This document shows positions 8,146 to 17,371 of a DNA stretch of 32,535 bases, in pieces. A program made the position numbers and the translations under genes. The notes under the pieces were generated by a model. The model made no database searches, had not been told where the DNA came from, and saw only the letters and a list, made by a program, of their open reading frames with translations. Within the stretch, counting starts at the first letter, position 1. Every line of letters begins with the position of its first letter. This DNA is from a virus: positions 1-32,535 of the IMG/VR virus record IMGVR_UViG_3300004209_000001; one strand, 5' to 3'.

Positions 8146-11100
8146 ATTCTCACCAGTTGTCCGAGTTGTCTTGCTATGTATGCATCAATTTCAGAGAATA
8201 ACTTCTGTTTGTCAGATTCAGATCCTGCATTGAAGTTCTGTATGTTTACGCTAAATCCTCCTGCATCCACAGCAACACTTGGTGCTTGTGGAAGTGCTGG
8301 CCTTTCAAGTTTTAGAGGAGTTAATTGCACTGGAGAAAACTGATTCAATCTCTGAACATTGACTCCTTTGAATAAAGTCTCAGTTTGAGCAACTCTTTTA
8401 GTATTGCCTTTTTTATCAGTTACAGTTTTGTATGTTGTCCTTGTAATATCTCTTGACAATATATCTGCTGCTCTATTATATTCTGCAATTAACTTATTGA
8501 CGACACTTACAAGTTGATTGTAAAACTTTCCTAGATTTGTCAGGATTCCATTCATTGCTTTTTCTGTAACATCAATCACTGCAAGAAACATGTGATGCCA
8601 TCCTGAAACAAAAGCAGTATGAATTTTCAAGACGAGATTCTGCATAAATGCAGGAACTATTCTCAAGACATACAAATCTCTGATAAATACTGCAATGAAT
8701 TCTTTAAGCGAGGAAATCATACTCGCAAAGATTGGCTTGATGCTCGAGTCAAATACTGCAGCAGTGGCTTTCATTCCATCTGATAATCCTGTGAAGAATG
8801 CGGCTCCAAAGTTTCTTCCCATCTGAGATGCTTGTGCATTTGTTGGAAATACTGAGAGGACATCTGATTTTGATTGTGCAGAAGTTACAGGATCTTTGAA
8901 AGGCATAGTAAAATTTGATGCTGCCTGAATTCCTAAATCAGATACATCTATCGTGGCCTGCTTGAATGGTTGAACAGCACTTTTTGTTACGGATGCACTC
9001 TCTTGAGCAAGTGCTGAAGAACTTGCTTTTGCATACGATGTGACGGATACGGATTTTTGTTGGACATTGGTTTGAGATACAGTTGTTTTTTGTGCATCTT
9101 TTGTGAATCCAGTCAGGTTTCCGAGTACATTCTTGTCTAACTTGAAATCTTCTCCAATTGCTTTATTCAGAAGAGGAATCTTCTTTGCTACTTTGATAAG
9201 TTCATTGATTAAGTCGATAAATATGTTTATGATTGAGTCTATTGCACTGATAAATGATGTCAGAATAGACACTCCGATTCTTTTAGCTGCTTCTCCAACT
9301 TCATTAAATGCGGAGAATCCTTCATCCTTAAATCTCTTGAAAGCATCTGCAACAATAAAACCAAATTCAACAATTCCTCCAATGAGATCTCCTACAAAGT
9401 TGAGTATTGCTCCAATAGCTTTGAGTACACTTCCAACTATTGTCAAGACAAGTTTTAGAGGAGTAAATAAGAAAGATACTGCATTCTTGATTATTTCAAA
9501 TGTGTTGAATCCATGATCTCCTGCATCTCTTATGCTATTTGCAAATGGTTTGACAACAACGGCGACAAGGCTTGCGAGTATTTTACCGAGTCCATTGAAA
9601 GTTTCTTTGATGCCTTCCCAAATTGGTTTAATGAGAGTTCCTATGTCGATAAGGCTTTCTTTGATTCCTGCACCTATTGCTGTAAGAACTCCTCCGATGA
9701 ATCCAAATATTGTCCTGAAATCATCTCCGAGTCCTAAGAAGTTTTGTCTCACCTGATTTACGAACCCGATGATTGTTCCTATTATGGCCACAACAATAGC
9801 AGCTGCTACTCCTGCACTTACTCCGAGAGCACTACCAATTGCAGTGAATATGCTTCCAATGCTTGATCCAATAGTTCCAAGTTTTGCAAGAAATCCTCCT
9901 GTTGTAGCTGTCGCCGTTGTAGCTGCACTTCCTACTCCTGTGACTTTTGCAGTTATTCCAGCAAGTCCAGTCGTGAGTTTTGCTGTTCCTCCAGCAAGAG
10001 CACCAATAGCTTTTCCAGAAGATAACAAGATATTGATGAGTAATCCAAATCCACTGAAAATCTTGCTTACGACATAGATTATTGGTGTAAGAATCGGAGT
10101 TAATAATACAAATCCAGCTGCAACAGCACCAACAGTAGGCCCTATTTTTTCAAGGACATTTCCAAGACGAGAAAACATATTGCTTGCATTCTCAATAAGA
10201 TTGCTATTAAGGACTCTGGTGATGAGTTCTGCTCCTCCTTTTGCCACACTTCCAAGAACTCTACCGACAACTGTGCCAAAGCTTTCTGCTCCGCTTTGCA
10301 TTGATGAAAAAGCAGTGCCAAATGCTGATTTTAATCTGTCAAGAATGTCTGGCGTGAATACTTGTTTGAATCCTTCTCCGACTCCTTTCAAGAAAGACTG
10401 AATGAGCCTTATGACATTTACTATTTTATCAGCAAGTTTTTCTATTCCGTCTCCTGTTGAGAAGTCTTCTACTGCTTGCTGAATATTCTTTACTATGCTT
10501 GATAAATTGAGTCTTTGGGCTATTGCTCCCCCTATTCGGATAAATGAAGTTGTTACAGTATCTTGTAATTCTTCAAATGCACTTCCAAGATTTTGAAGAA
10601 GTGTTTTGTTCAGGGTTTGTGCATCTTGATTTAACGCATTGATGCTTAATAGAAAATTTTCAAAGTCAGCATCTGTTAGTTGTATAATCTCTCTGAAATC
10701 TTTGACGGAATCAAGAGGTAGGAAATCAGAAAGAACAGCTTCTATTGATTCGCTGTCAAGCTTTAATGCATTGACTTCACTTCTCATATTTCTAAATATA
10801 TCTCTTGCTCTCTCGTCAAGTTTTGAATTCTTTAATGCTTCATCAATGCCTTCTGGTACTTTTGTCGCATTATGAGTTAATTTCTCAAATGTAATTCCGA
10901 ACTGTCGTGAGAAGCTATCCTGAGCGCTAAGTGCAGCTTTAAGACTCGATTCGTCAAGAAGTTCAGTTCTTATCTCTGTTGATGCGATTGTTTTGAATAT
11001 TTCATTGAAGTTATCGAGTTCTTTTGTAAGTGTAAGAAATGCTCTTGCTCCTCTAACTTCAAAGATTTTGACAAGCGTTGTGGCTTTCTGAACTGTTGAT

Positions 11101-12251
11101 GCATCAATTTCTTGGAATGCATCGTTGAGTTGTTTAGTTGCATCTCTTAATCCAACAAATTCCTGCTGTCCCTCAGTAACTTGCTTTCTTAGATCTTGAA
11201 GTGTCTTTTCTTGTGCTTCAAGTGATTCTCTTAATTCAGTATTTTTTAGTCTTGCTTCATCAAAAGCTGACTGCAATCCACTGAGTGAACTTGATAATTT
11301 ATCAGGAGCTTTCGCTTCATCACCAAATGCTTTCATTTGTCTTTTGGCTTCTGCAAGTTTTGATCCAAGTAGTGCAAGTTCTATATCACTTTGTCTTACC
11401 TTGTCTTTTAATGAGCTGAATTCATCTCTTGTTGCTTGGATTGTTGCTTTTGCAGCTTGGCCAGCTTCATTTAATGTAAAGAAGTTTACTCCAAGATTCT
11501 CCATTGCTTCTGCAGAATCATCAGTCGGGCTAAGTAGCTGTAATAATGCCTGGTTTAATGATGTTCCTGCAAGACTTCCTTTAATACCTACATTTGCAAG
11601 TGTTCCAAGAGCAGCACTTACTTCTTCAAGGCTTATTCCAAGACTTGATGCAAGAGGTCCGACAATCTTTAATGCTTCTCCAAGATCTTGCAAGCTTTGG
11701 GCTGAGTTGGTGAATGTAGTCGTGAGAACTGTTGCAACACCATTCATATCCTCTGCATCTCGCTGGAATGAATTCATTGCTGCAACTGAGATGCTGACTG
11801 CTTCTGCCAATGAAACATTTCCTGCAGTTGCAAGTCCAAGAGTAGATTCTGATGCTCTTAAAATCTGGTTTACATTAAATCCTGCCTTTGCAAATTCTTC
11901 AAATGCTTGTGCAACTTCTTGTGCAGAGAAAGCAGTACTTGATCCAAGCTTGAAAGCTGTATCAGCAAGTTTTTTGAAGTCTTCTTCAGTGCCTCCAGCA
12001 AGCACCTGGACTCGTCTTATTTGTTTGTCGAATTCTCCAAAACTCTTGACTGCTTTTATTCCAATAGCTGTGACTGCTGTTGCTATTGCTGTAAATCCTA
12101 TGAGAAGTTTCTTATTGAAATCAGAAAATGTTTTGCCAACAGAATCAACGCCAGAGCTAAGACTATTTATTCCTGAATGTATTCTTGTCAGTGCAGGACT
12201 GACATTATCTTCGCCCTTGAAATTAATTCTGACTGATTCAACCATTGACAT
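8142..12251 (-). CDS. Tail tape measure protein (TP901-type core)
   Basis: 1369 aa, Ala/Gly/Ile-rich and amphipathic; STAFSAQEVAQAFEEFAKAGF...LATAG...GIKGSLAGTSL core; follows the tail chaperone. Confidence 0.93.
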   Translation of the reverse strand: MSMVESVRINFKGEDNVSPALTRIHSGINSLSSGVDSVGKTFSDFNKKLLIGFTAIATAVTAIGIKAVKSFGEFDKQIRRVQVLAGGTEEDFKKLADTAFKLGSSTAFSAQEVAQAFEEFAKAGFNVNQILRASESTLGLATAGNVSLAEAVSISVAAMNSFQRDAEDMNGVATVLTTTFTNSAQSLQDLGEALKIVGPLASSLGISLEEVSAALGTLANVGIKGSLAGTSLNQALLQLLSPTDDSAEAMENLGVNFFTLNEAGQAAKATIQATRDEFSSLKDKVRQSDIELALLGSKLAEAKRQMKAFGDEAKAPDKLSSSLSGLQSAFDEARLKNTELRESLEAQEKTLQDLRKQVTEGQQEFVGLRDATKQLNDAFQEIDASTVQKATTLVKIFEVRGARAFLTLTKELDNFNEIFKTIASTEIRTELLDESSLKAALSAQDSFSRQFGITFEKLTHNATKVPEGIDEALKNSKLDERARDIFRNMRSEVNALKLDSESIEAVLSDFLPLDSVKDFREIIQLTDADFENFLLSINALNQDAQTLNKTLLQNLGSAFEELQDTVTTSFIRIGGAIAQRLNLSSIVKNIQQAVEDFSTGDGIEKLADKIVNVIRLIQSFLKGVGEGFKQVFTPDILDRLKSAFGTAFSSMQSGAESFGTVVGRVLGSVAKGGAELITRVLNSNLIENASNMFSRLGNVLEKIGPTVGAVAAGFVLLTPILTPIIYVVSKIFSGFGLLINILLSSGKAIGALAGGTAKLTTGLAGITAKVTGVGSAATTATATTGGFLAKLGTIGSSIGSIFTAIGSALGVSAGVAAAIVVAIIGTIIGFVNQVRQNFLGLGDDFRTIFGFIGGVLTAIGAGIKESLIDIGTLIKPIWEGIKETFNGLGKILASLVAVVVKPFANSIRDAGDHGFNTFEIIKNAVSFLFTPLKLVLTIVGSVLKAIGAILNFVGDLIGGIVEFGFIVADAFKRFKDEGFSAFNEVGEAAKRIGVSILTSFISAIDSIINIFIDLINELIKVAKKIPLLNKAIGEDFKLDKNVLGNLTGFTKDAQKTTVSQTNVQQKSVSVTSYAKASSSALAQESASVTKSAVQPFKQATIDVSDLGIQAASNFTMPFKDPVTSAQSKSDVLSVFPTNAQASQMGRNFGAAFFTGLSDGMKATAAVFDSSIKPIFASMISSLKEFIAVFIRDLYVLRIVPAFMQNLVLKIHTAFVSGWHHMFLAVIDVTEKAMNGILTNLGKFYNQLVSVVNKLIAEYNRAADILSRDITRTTYKTVTDKKGNTKRVAQTETLFKGVNVQRLNQFSPVQLTPLKLERPALPQAPSVAVDAGGFSVNIQNFNAGSESDKQKLFSEIDAYIARQLGQLVRI

Positions 12252-12285
12252 TTACCCATAGTGTTTTACCCCGTCCTCGCAGGAA

Positions 12286-12459
12286 TTATTTCTTCCTTGA
12301 TTTCTTGATCTGCTTGTTTTTCTCCTTGATTTCTTCATTGTATGCTGATATCATGAAGTAAAACTGTGGCATTGTCAAGGAATGTATTTGTTCCCAGCTC
12401 ATCTGATAGTGCCTCAGAAGGATGTATATCAGTTTACCTTCTGAGGATTTGGAAAACTT
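12286..12459 (-). CDS. -1 frame extension of the tail assembly chaperone (lambda gpGT-like product)
   Basis: Open -1 frame overlapping the chaperone 3' end: KFSKSSEGKLIYILLRHYQMSWEQIHSLTMPQFYFMISAYNEEIKEKNKQIKKSRKK*, ending 34 nt before the TMP start. Confidence 0.7.
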   Translation of the reverse strand, partial: KFSKSSEGKLIYILLRHYQMSWEQIHSLTMPQFYFMISAYNEEIKEKNKQIKKSRKK

Positions 12460-12755
12460 TCAGATTTCCTCTGGGACATTTTATCAAGTCCTGATGCTTT
12501 GGATATTGCTTCTCCAAGAGCAGGAACAAATCCTAATGGCAGTTTGTCAATCTGATCATCCGTCAGTCCTGTTGCTATCTTGATCATTTCACGAGTCATT
12601 GTTGAATCATCAGTACCTTTTGATTGGATCTTGCTTACAGGTCCAAATGTGACTGGAGCTATTTCCATCTCTACAACTCCATCGTCATAAGGAACTTCGA
12701 TTCTTTTCTTTTCACCAGTCTTGTTTAACAAATCATTAATACTCAATTTTTGCAT
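12429..12755 (-). CDS. Tail assembly chaperone (gpG-like)
   Basis: Lies between tail tube and TMP; LTDDQIDKLP-type helical motif; start at ATG 12755 after RBS GGAGGTG. Confidence 0.75.
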   Translation of the reverse strand: MQKLSINDLLNKTGEKKRIEVPYDDGVVEMEIAPVTFGPVSKIQSKGTDDSTMTREMIKIATGLTDDQIDKLPLGFVPALGEAISKASGLDKMSQRKSESFPNPQKVN

Positions 12756-12757
12756 AA

Positions 12758-13084
12758 TCACACACCTCCAATTGTTTTTATCTCAAGTTTGGGTTTGGAG
12801 TGTTCCTCGACACTCTGTTTATTCACCAATAAACCCACTTGGTGTTCTACAGCTCTCAATCGTGCATCCATTCCATAGAGCATGTCGAAAGCTTTGGCTT
12901 TTGAAAGCAAAAGATGTATCCCCGCAGAATGTTTTCCTCCTGCATTCTTCTTGCAGTATTCAAAGAATTCCGCAACAACATCTTTGTGCATATTGTATAT
13001 CTTGATGTTGCGAAAGTCTGTTTGTTCAAACACTTCAGCGGATACCGCTTCACTTTCTTTTTTCATTGTTTCAGTCATAATCAT
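12758..13084 (-). CDS. Hypothetical protein, possibly a ribbon-helix-helix DNA-binding protein with coiled coil
   Basis: NIKIYNMHKDVVAEFFEYCKKNAGGKHSAGIHLLL has a strand-helix-helix pattern; tightly packed in the operon. Confidence 0.45.
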   Translation of the reverse strand: MIMTETMKKESEAVSAEVFEQTDFRNIKIYNMHKDVVAEFFEYCKKNAGGKHSAGIHLLLSKAKAFDMLYGMDARLRAVEHQVGLLVNKQSVEEHSKPKLEIKTIGGV

Positions 13085-13558
13085 TTACACAACTGCTTTT
13101 TTGATGTGGGTTATTGTCACATCTTCAGGTTTCACGTTGAAGCTGAATGTTTCTTCATAGATTCCTTCTGCTTCGTTGCTGAATTCGTGATCTGTTGCGA
13201 TACAGTCTTTGCATTCTATTTTCATCTGATTGCCTTTTGCATCAGTGTAGAGGAATTCTGCATCAAACTTGATCCTGTTAGTTCCAAGAGTCACAGTTGT
13301 GGTTGTGTCTCCTGTTGCAGGAGTATCTGCAGTTTCTTCAACATCGCCGAATAGCTTTGAGATGAATTGTGCATCATCTGTGATAAGGCTTAGGCTGCCT
13401 TCAACAAGATCAAGTGGCTTCTCATCAAATATTGTGAAATTGCCTATTGTCTTGATCTGCTCTACATCTCCGCTTGTTGACAAGCTCCATTCTGTCACGT
13501 TCTTGCTCTGAACTGTGTCGATCTTTATGCTTCCTTGAGTTCCGAAAAATATTGCCAT
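13085..13558 (-). CDS. Major tail tube protein
   Basis: 157 aa, beta-rich and acidic (VTEWSLSTS...VEGSLS...IECKDC...FSN...EETFSF); follows the terminator and precedes the chaperone; RBS GGAGG. Confidence 0.8.
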   Translation of the reverse strand: MAIFFGTQGSIKIDTVQSKNVTEWSLSTSGDVEQIKTIGNFTIFDEKPLDLVEGSLSLITDDAQFISKLFGDVEETADTPATGDTTTTVTLGTNRIKFDAEFLYTDAKGNQMKIECKDCIATDHEFSNEAEGIYEETFSFNVKPEDVTITHIKKAVV

Positions 13559-13579
13559 TGTTAATCATCCTCCTAGTTT

Positions 13580-14044
13580 TTATGCTCTGATTACAGGTCT
13601 TTGAAATCTAACTGTAATCTGTTTTCGAAGTATTCCTTCAGGTACTTCGGAATTGATTGATTTCATTCCTATACGTTCATAGTTGTGCAGTCCTGATACT
13701 GCCATCACATCTTGCATTGTTCTCAACACATCAACAATCTCTCGAGCAATAGCATCACGAAGCTTTGCTCCTTCAAACTGTTCATCATCACGTTCATATA
13801 TCAATCCAGATTTTATCCACACATTGATATCAATGTTTACTGATTGCATTTCATTTGTCGTGCCTACACTCATCTTTTTTGCTGGCTCATCATAATCAGT
13901 AACAGAGACTCTTGGATAAGATTCATTTCCTAAGTTTACTTTTGGAAAGTCAGGGTATATCCAGCTTGAAGTGCGAGAAGTATTGTAATCGTATAGGTTT
14001 GATCTCAGGAGTTCCTGAACTATGATTATTGGCTCTTTTTCCAT
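13580..14044 (-). CDS. Tail terminator / completion protein
   Basis: IYPDFP...YPRVSV...VNIDINVW pattern; synteny after the HK97 gp10-like gene. Likely start ATG 14044 (ORF track extends to 14122). Confidence 0.7.
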   Translation of the reverse strand: MEKEPIIIVQELLRSNLYDYNTSRTSSWIYPDFPKVNLGNESYPRVSVTDYDEPAKKMSVGTTNEMQSVNIDINVWIKSGLIYERDDEQFEGAKLRDAIAREIVDVLRTMQDVMAVSGLHNYERIGMKSINSEVPEGILRKQITVRFQRPVIRA

Positions 14045-14081
14045 TCTTGGCTTCCTCGCACTTGAAGATATGCCTGATCTT

Positions 14082-14444
14082 TTACTGATTGAATTTCTTC
14101 TTGATTGATGCTGTGACTTCATTTTCCACTCTTGGAAAATTCTTGTTCACTGCATTTCTCATGAAATGTTTTGGCTCGATAAATCTTGTCCCTTCTTCTT
14201 GGAATACACCGTAAAACACTCCGTCAGCGATGAATCCTGTTGTCTCATCTTCAAAACCAACATTGAGTGACGCTGATAGTATTCCTGTGTCTTTTGGACA
14301 GTTCTCGTATGCATCCCTGTGTATTACAGGGAGTACTTTTCTGATGCTTTCATGAACTTCTTTTTTGAAACCATCATCTTTGAGATCACTCATTTTCTTT
14401 CCTAATCGTGCAAGATCAGGACTGATTACTGTGATCTTTACCAT
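14082..14444 (-). CDS. HK97 gp10-like neck/tail-completion protein
   Basis: CPKDTGILSASL...YGVFQEEGT...PKHFMRNAV is the family signature. Confidence 0.88.
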   Translation of the reverse strand: MVKITVISPDLARLGKKMSDLKDDGFKKEVHESIRKVLPVIHRDAYENCPKDTGILSASLNVGFEDETTGFIADGVFYGVFQEEGTRFIEPKHFMRNAVNKNFPRVENEVTASIKKKFNQ

Positions 14445-14473
14445 TGCTTTAGAAATCGGTTTTTTTCTTTATA

Positions 14474-14875
14474 TTATTTCAGCCTTAGTTGAAGAAGACG
14501 ATAAATCACATTCTCCCCTACTGTTTTCACTGTTGATTTTACAATTCTGTATTCTTTATTGTCTTTCTTGATTGTATCTGTTTCTGCTGTTGGAATTGTT
14601 GATCCATATGCGTTTTTAGTGTAGCATTTGATGTCTCCAATCTTGAATTCTCCCTCTGGCCTAAAACTTTCTTCATTGCCTGTAATTTCTTGCCATACTG
14701 CTTTTATTATATGTTCCTGAAAAGAGTTTGAAACGAGGCTTCCGTAGTCTGAGTCTATTGTCTGGCTTTTTCTGATTAGAGTTACATCTACTCCTATGTC
14801 ATAATCTACGATCTTGTCAAAGTCTTCTGATTTGATTTCCATTGTATCAAGGTTGTTGTGGAGAGTTTCCACCAT
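14474..14875 (-). CDS. Head closure / stopper protein
   Basis: Beta-rich; position between adaptor and gp10-like gene; GEFKIGD...DTI...YRIV. The true start may be ATG 14842. Confidence 0.65.
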   Translation of the reverse strand: MVETLHNNLDTMEIKSEDFDKIVDYDIGVDVTLIRKSQTIDSDYGSLVSNSFQEHIIKAVWQEITGNEESFRPEGEFKIGDIKCYTKNAYGSTIPTAETDTIKKDNKEYRIVKSTVKTVGENVIYRLLQLRLK

Positions 14876-15326
14876 AGTTGGTTGTGGGAGCTGGACACCC
14901 TTTTACTACAGAGCCACCTACAAATCCACCTGCATCAACACCCAAGTAATTCTTTAATGCTGCAAGGCTTTCTTTTGCATGATTCTCGAAGATTTCTATT
15001 TCATCAATAGCTGAGGAGTCTATGTTCTTCTTATCTACTGAGAACTCTCCTATTCTGTATGAGATGCCTGCTGTTGTTGCTTTTCCAGGTCCGCTCATTC
15101 TTAGCAATAGTTTAATTGCCGATAGGTCTGTTGCTATCTGCTGGACTGTTGGATAAATGTATTCTGTTGTTTGGAATCCTTGTCCTATTCTTCGTGCAGA
15201 TAAGTCTATGAAATTGCTTGCTTCCCTAATCCATTGCTGGATATCACTATCTGAGATGTCAGAGGGGAGATTAACGCTTCCCACTCTTGACTTTACAAGT
15301 TCTGGTGTTGTGTATTCGTTTGCCAT
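14847..15326 (-). CDS. Head-tail adaptor / connector protein
   Basis: YTTPELVK...DSDIQQWIREASNFID motif and YRIGEFSV strand typical of gp6/gp15-like adaptors. Confidence 0.8.
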   Translation of the reverse strand: MANEYTTPELVKSRVGSVNLPSDISDSDIQQWIREASNFIDLSARRIGQGFQTTEYIYPTVQQIATDLSAIKLLLRMSGPGKATTAGISYRIGEFSVDKKNIDSSAIDEIEIFENHAKESLAALKNYLGVDAGGFVGGSVVKGCPAPTTNYGGNSPQQP

Positions 15327-15548
15327 TTATTTTGCCTGTTGTATTGCTTTCTCAATTCCCATCAATGCTGATACAGCTACACCTACATAGAGTGTGTATT
15401 TTGTTGGGAATAATTCTGGATTGTTCTGCAAGAACTCGACTGCAAATTGCAAAGCTGCAATAAGTACTGATGCACCTACTCCTTTTCCGAATCTTTTCAA
15501 TCCGTTGATTATTCTCTGTTTTGTGTCATATGTTGTTTCATCTGTCAT
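15327..15548 (-). CDS. Small two-transmembrane holin-like protein
   Basis: Start ATG 15548 after RBS GAGGTGA; two hydrophobic segments (GVGASVLIAALQFAVEFL; LYVGVAVSALMGI). Confidence 0.55.
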   Translation of the reverse strand: MTDETTYDTKQRIINGLKRFGKGVGASVLIAALQFAVEFLQNNPELFPTKYTLYVGVAVSALMGIEKAIQQAK

Positions 15549-15558
15549 GTTTTTCACC

Positions 15559-15714
15559 TCATACTTTTTCTTTTTTGAAGACAGCAACTACTTTGCCATT
15601 CCATAATTGGCTCATGAATACGAGTTCCCATCCATTATTTCCCTGATTATTTAGGTCGTCTTCTGATATTTCTTTGAGTCTTTTGTTTACGACTTTGTAC
15701 TTCCAATTAGCCAT
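15559..15714 (-). CDS. DUF4177-like small protein (51 aa)
   Basis: Manual translation MANWKYKVVNKRLKEISEDDLNNQGNNGWELVFMSQLWNGKVVAVFKKEKV fits the W.YKV...LN..G..GWELV...FK pattern; RBS AGGTGA; missed by the ORF track. Confidence 0.8.
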   Translation of the reverse strand: MANWKYKVVNKRLKEISEDDLNNQGNNGWELVFMSQLWNGKVVAVFKKEKV

Positions 15715-15716
15715 TC

Positions 15717-15953
15717 TTATTCACCTGGTGGCTCGATATCAATTGTCTTGACTGCAGTTCTTGATTCGAGAGCTATTTCTGATTCTGTAGGGTTTAATTC
15801 TATGAAGATTTTCTTTCTCTCAGCAACTCCTTGATTTTCAATAAGCCATTTTATGACTGTGCCTCTGCTGTCGAGACTGTGGATTATCAATGAGTTTTTC
15901 ACGTATTCAGTGAGTGATTCTATTTCTGTGATTTTGTCTTGAACTGTGGCCAT
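15717..15953 (-). CDS. Hypothetical virion-region protein (78 aa)
   Basis: Start moved to ATG 15953 (RBS GAGGA, just after the upstream stop); MATVQDKITEIESL... Confidence 0.6.
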   Translation of the reverse strand: MATVQDKITEIESLTEYVKNSLIIHSLDSRGTVIKWLIENQGVAERKKIFIELNPTESEIALESRTAVKTIDIEPPGE

Positions 15954-15957
15954 TGTT

Positions 15958-16620
15958 TTATTCCTCGTATCCTTCAAATCTTGCAAACATTTCTTTGCTT
16001 CCTCCTCCAAGATTTGTTCTTCTAAGTATGATCTTATGATTTCCATCGCCGAGAATCTTTTCTGATAAGTCAAATTTGTCTGAACTTCCATTCACGTAAA
16101 GCGTTGCTATCAATGTCAGCGTTATTCCATCTCCTGATGGATTGTCATATAATGTTACTCTGCATGCACTGTTTGAATCTTGACTTCCTGCAAGAAGTCT
16201 TCCTATCACAAGTTTCTTTCCATTCGTGATTGTATATGATGAGTCAACATTTCCTGAAACTGCTCCGAAGGCTGTTATTATTACAGGTGTTGTTTGGGGT
16301 GGGGGCGTGGTAGGAGGAGTTGCGACAAGTAGCCTTCCAGAGCCGTCTACAGACGCTTTTAGCAAAGGATTTGACGCATCTCTAATAATAAATGAGTCAT
16401 ACTGAATAAGATCATTCTTTATGTGTAATTTTCCGTCAGCATCTACTTTGGCACGATAATCATTTAGTGGATCTTTTATTGAGATAGTGTCAACATCTAC
16501 TGTGCCATTGATGTTTGCATTGATACTCCCGTCTGATTCTACTTCGATGGCGCTGAGCAAATCTCTCAATTCGGAGAGTAGTCCTTTCAATTGTTCAAGA
16601 TATTCTGTGTCGATTCCCAT
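15958..16620 (-). CDS. Putative head fibre / decoration protein
   Basis: Start ATG 16620 overlaps the upstream stop (TAATG). N-terminal coiled coil, two ~23-aa repeats, TPPTTPPPQTTP linker, beta-rich C-terminal domain. Confidence 0.55.
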   Translation of the reverse strand: MGIDTEYLEQLKGLLSELRDLLSAIEVESDGSINANINGTVDVDTISIKDPLNDYRAKVDADGKLHIKNDLIQYDSFIIRDASNPLLKASVDGSGRLLVATPPTTPPPQTTPVIITAFGAVSGNVDSSYTITNGKKLVIGRLLAGSQDSNSACRVTLYDNPSGDGITLTLIATLYVNGSSDKFDLSEKILGDGNHKIILRRTNLGGGSKEMFARFEGYEE

Positions 16621-17357
16621 TATTCTATCACCGCCACAGCGTTTCCATTCAGAACAACAGGTGCAACTCTCTCTCGCAGTAAGAATCCTTTCTTGCTTTG
16701 CCAAGGATCAGAGTAATCACTTATCTCAAGAGAGACTCTTTCAATAATCAGTCCAGCATTTGCAGAGTCAAGAATTATGACAATGTTTTCAGGCACTGAT
16801 GTATTGATAATGACTTCAATTGCATAAGCTAAGAGTTTCTCTTTTAGTTCATCTCTTTGTCTTAATGTTTCTGCAATTTGCGGATTAATAAGAATTGCAT
16901 CAGGATGGTACTTATTGTCTTCAATAAATTTTATTGCAGAAATGAAATTGTCAAGTATTGGCTTTTCTCTTACATCTTGCTTTGTCTCTGCAGTTATCTT
17001 TTTTCCTGCTCCTGCAATCAATGTTTCAATAACTATTTTATTCTCTATTTCTGCAAGAATAAAACTTTCCTTGATTGACTTTTGAAGCATTTCATTTAAG
17101 TCATTGTCTTCAAAACATTCCTCAGAAAATAGAATTGTTGCTTTAATGGTCAGAGGGAACACAACAACTGACTCGACATCAAAAAGAGATATTGGAGCTG
17201 TACCTAAAATAGGTACGATTGCACCGTTCACATTTTTGATCTTACTTATCTTTACTGCAGAGCCGTCAGTCTGTTGTTGCAGTCTTAAAACTCGTGGACC
17301 TATACGAAACTTCCCTGCTTCAAGCAGTACCTTAGCCTTGACAGTAGTTAGATCCAT
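16620..17357 (-). CDS. Second HK97-fold capsid protein (minor capsid / vertex-protein candidate), paralog of the MCP
   Basis: Collinear with 17396-18202: GSAVKISK vs GSALKIPK; VVVFP vs VVVTP; SDP vs TDP; RERVAPVVLNGNAV vs TERVAPAVLDDNAV. Own RBS AGGTGA. Confidence 0.85.
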   Translation of the reverse strand: MDLTTVKAKVLLEAGKFRIGPRVLRLQQQTDGSAVKISKIKNVNGAIVPILGTAPISLFDVESVVVFPLTIKATILFSEECFEDNDLNEMLQKSIKESFILAEIENKIVIETLIAGAGKKITAETKQDVREKPILDNFISAIKFIEDNKYHPDAILINPQIAETLRQRDELKEKLLAYAIEVIINTSVPENIVIILDSANAGLIIERVSLEISDYSDPWQSKKGFLLRERVAPVVLNGNAVAVIE

Positions 17358-17371
17358 GTAGAGTCACCTAT

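Noticed and set aside
11344-12261. 305-aa plus-strand ORF, and other plus-strand ORFs over 9103-10875
   Set aside because: Antisense shadows of the tape measure gene; Ser/Ala-rich, with no RBS or recognisable motif.
12252-12285. GGGTAAA direct repeat before the TMP start
   Set aside because: Two 7-mers only; no structure or function can be supported.
13085-13558. Contractile (myovirus) tail or CIS interpretation
   Set aside because: No sheath or baseplate J gene was recognised; a long TMP with Dit/hub order fits a non-contractile tail.
15954-16091. ORF-track N-terminal extension of 15717-16091
   Set aside because: Overlaps the upstream gene; RBS and spacing favour ATG 15953.
16621-16704. 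Cys-rich N-terminal extension (ESCTCCSEW) of the 15958 ORF
   Set aside because: It is an alternative reading of the second capsid gene's 3' end; the real start is ATG 16620, so this is not a metal-binding motif.
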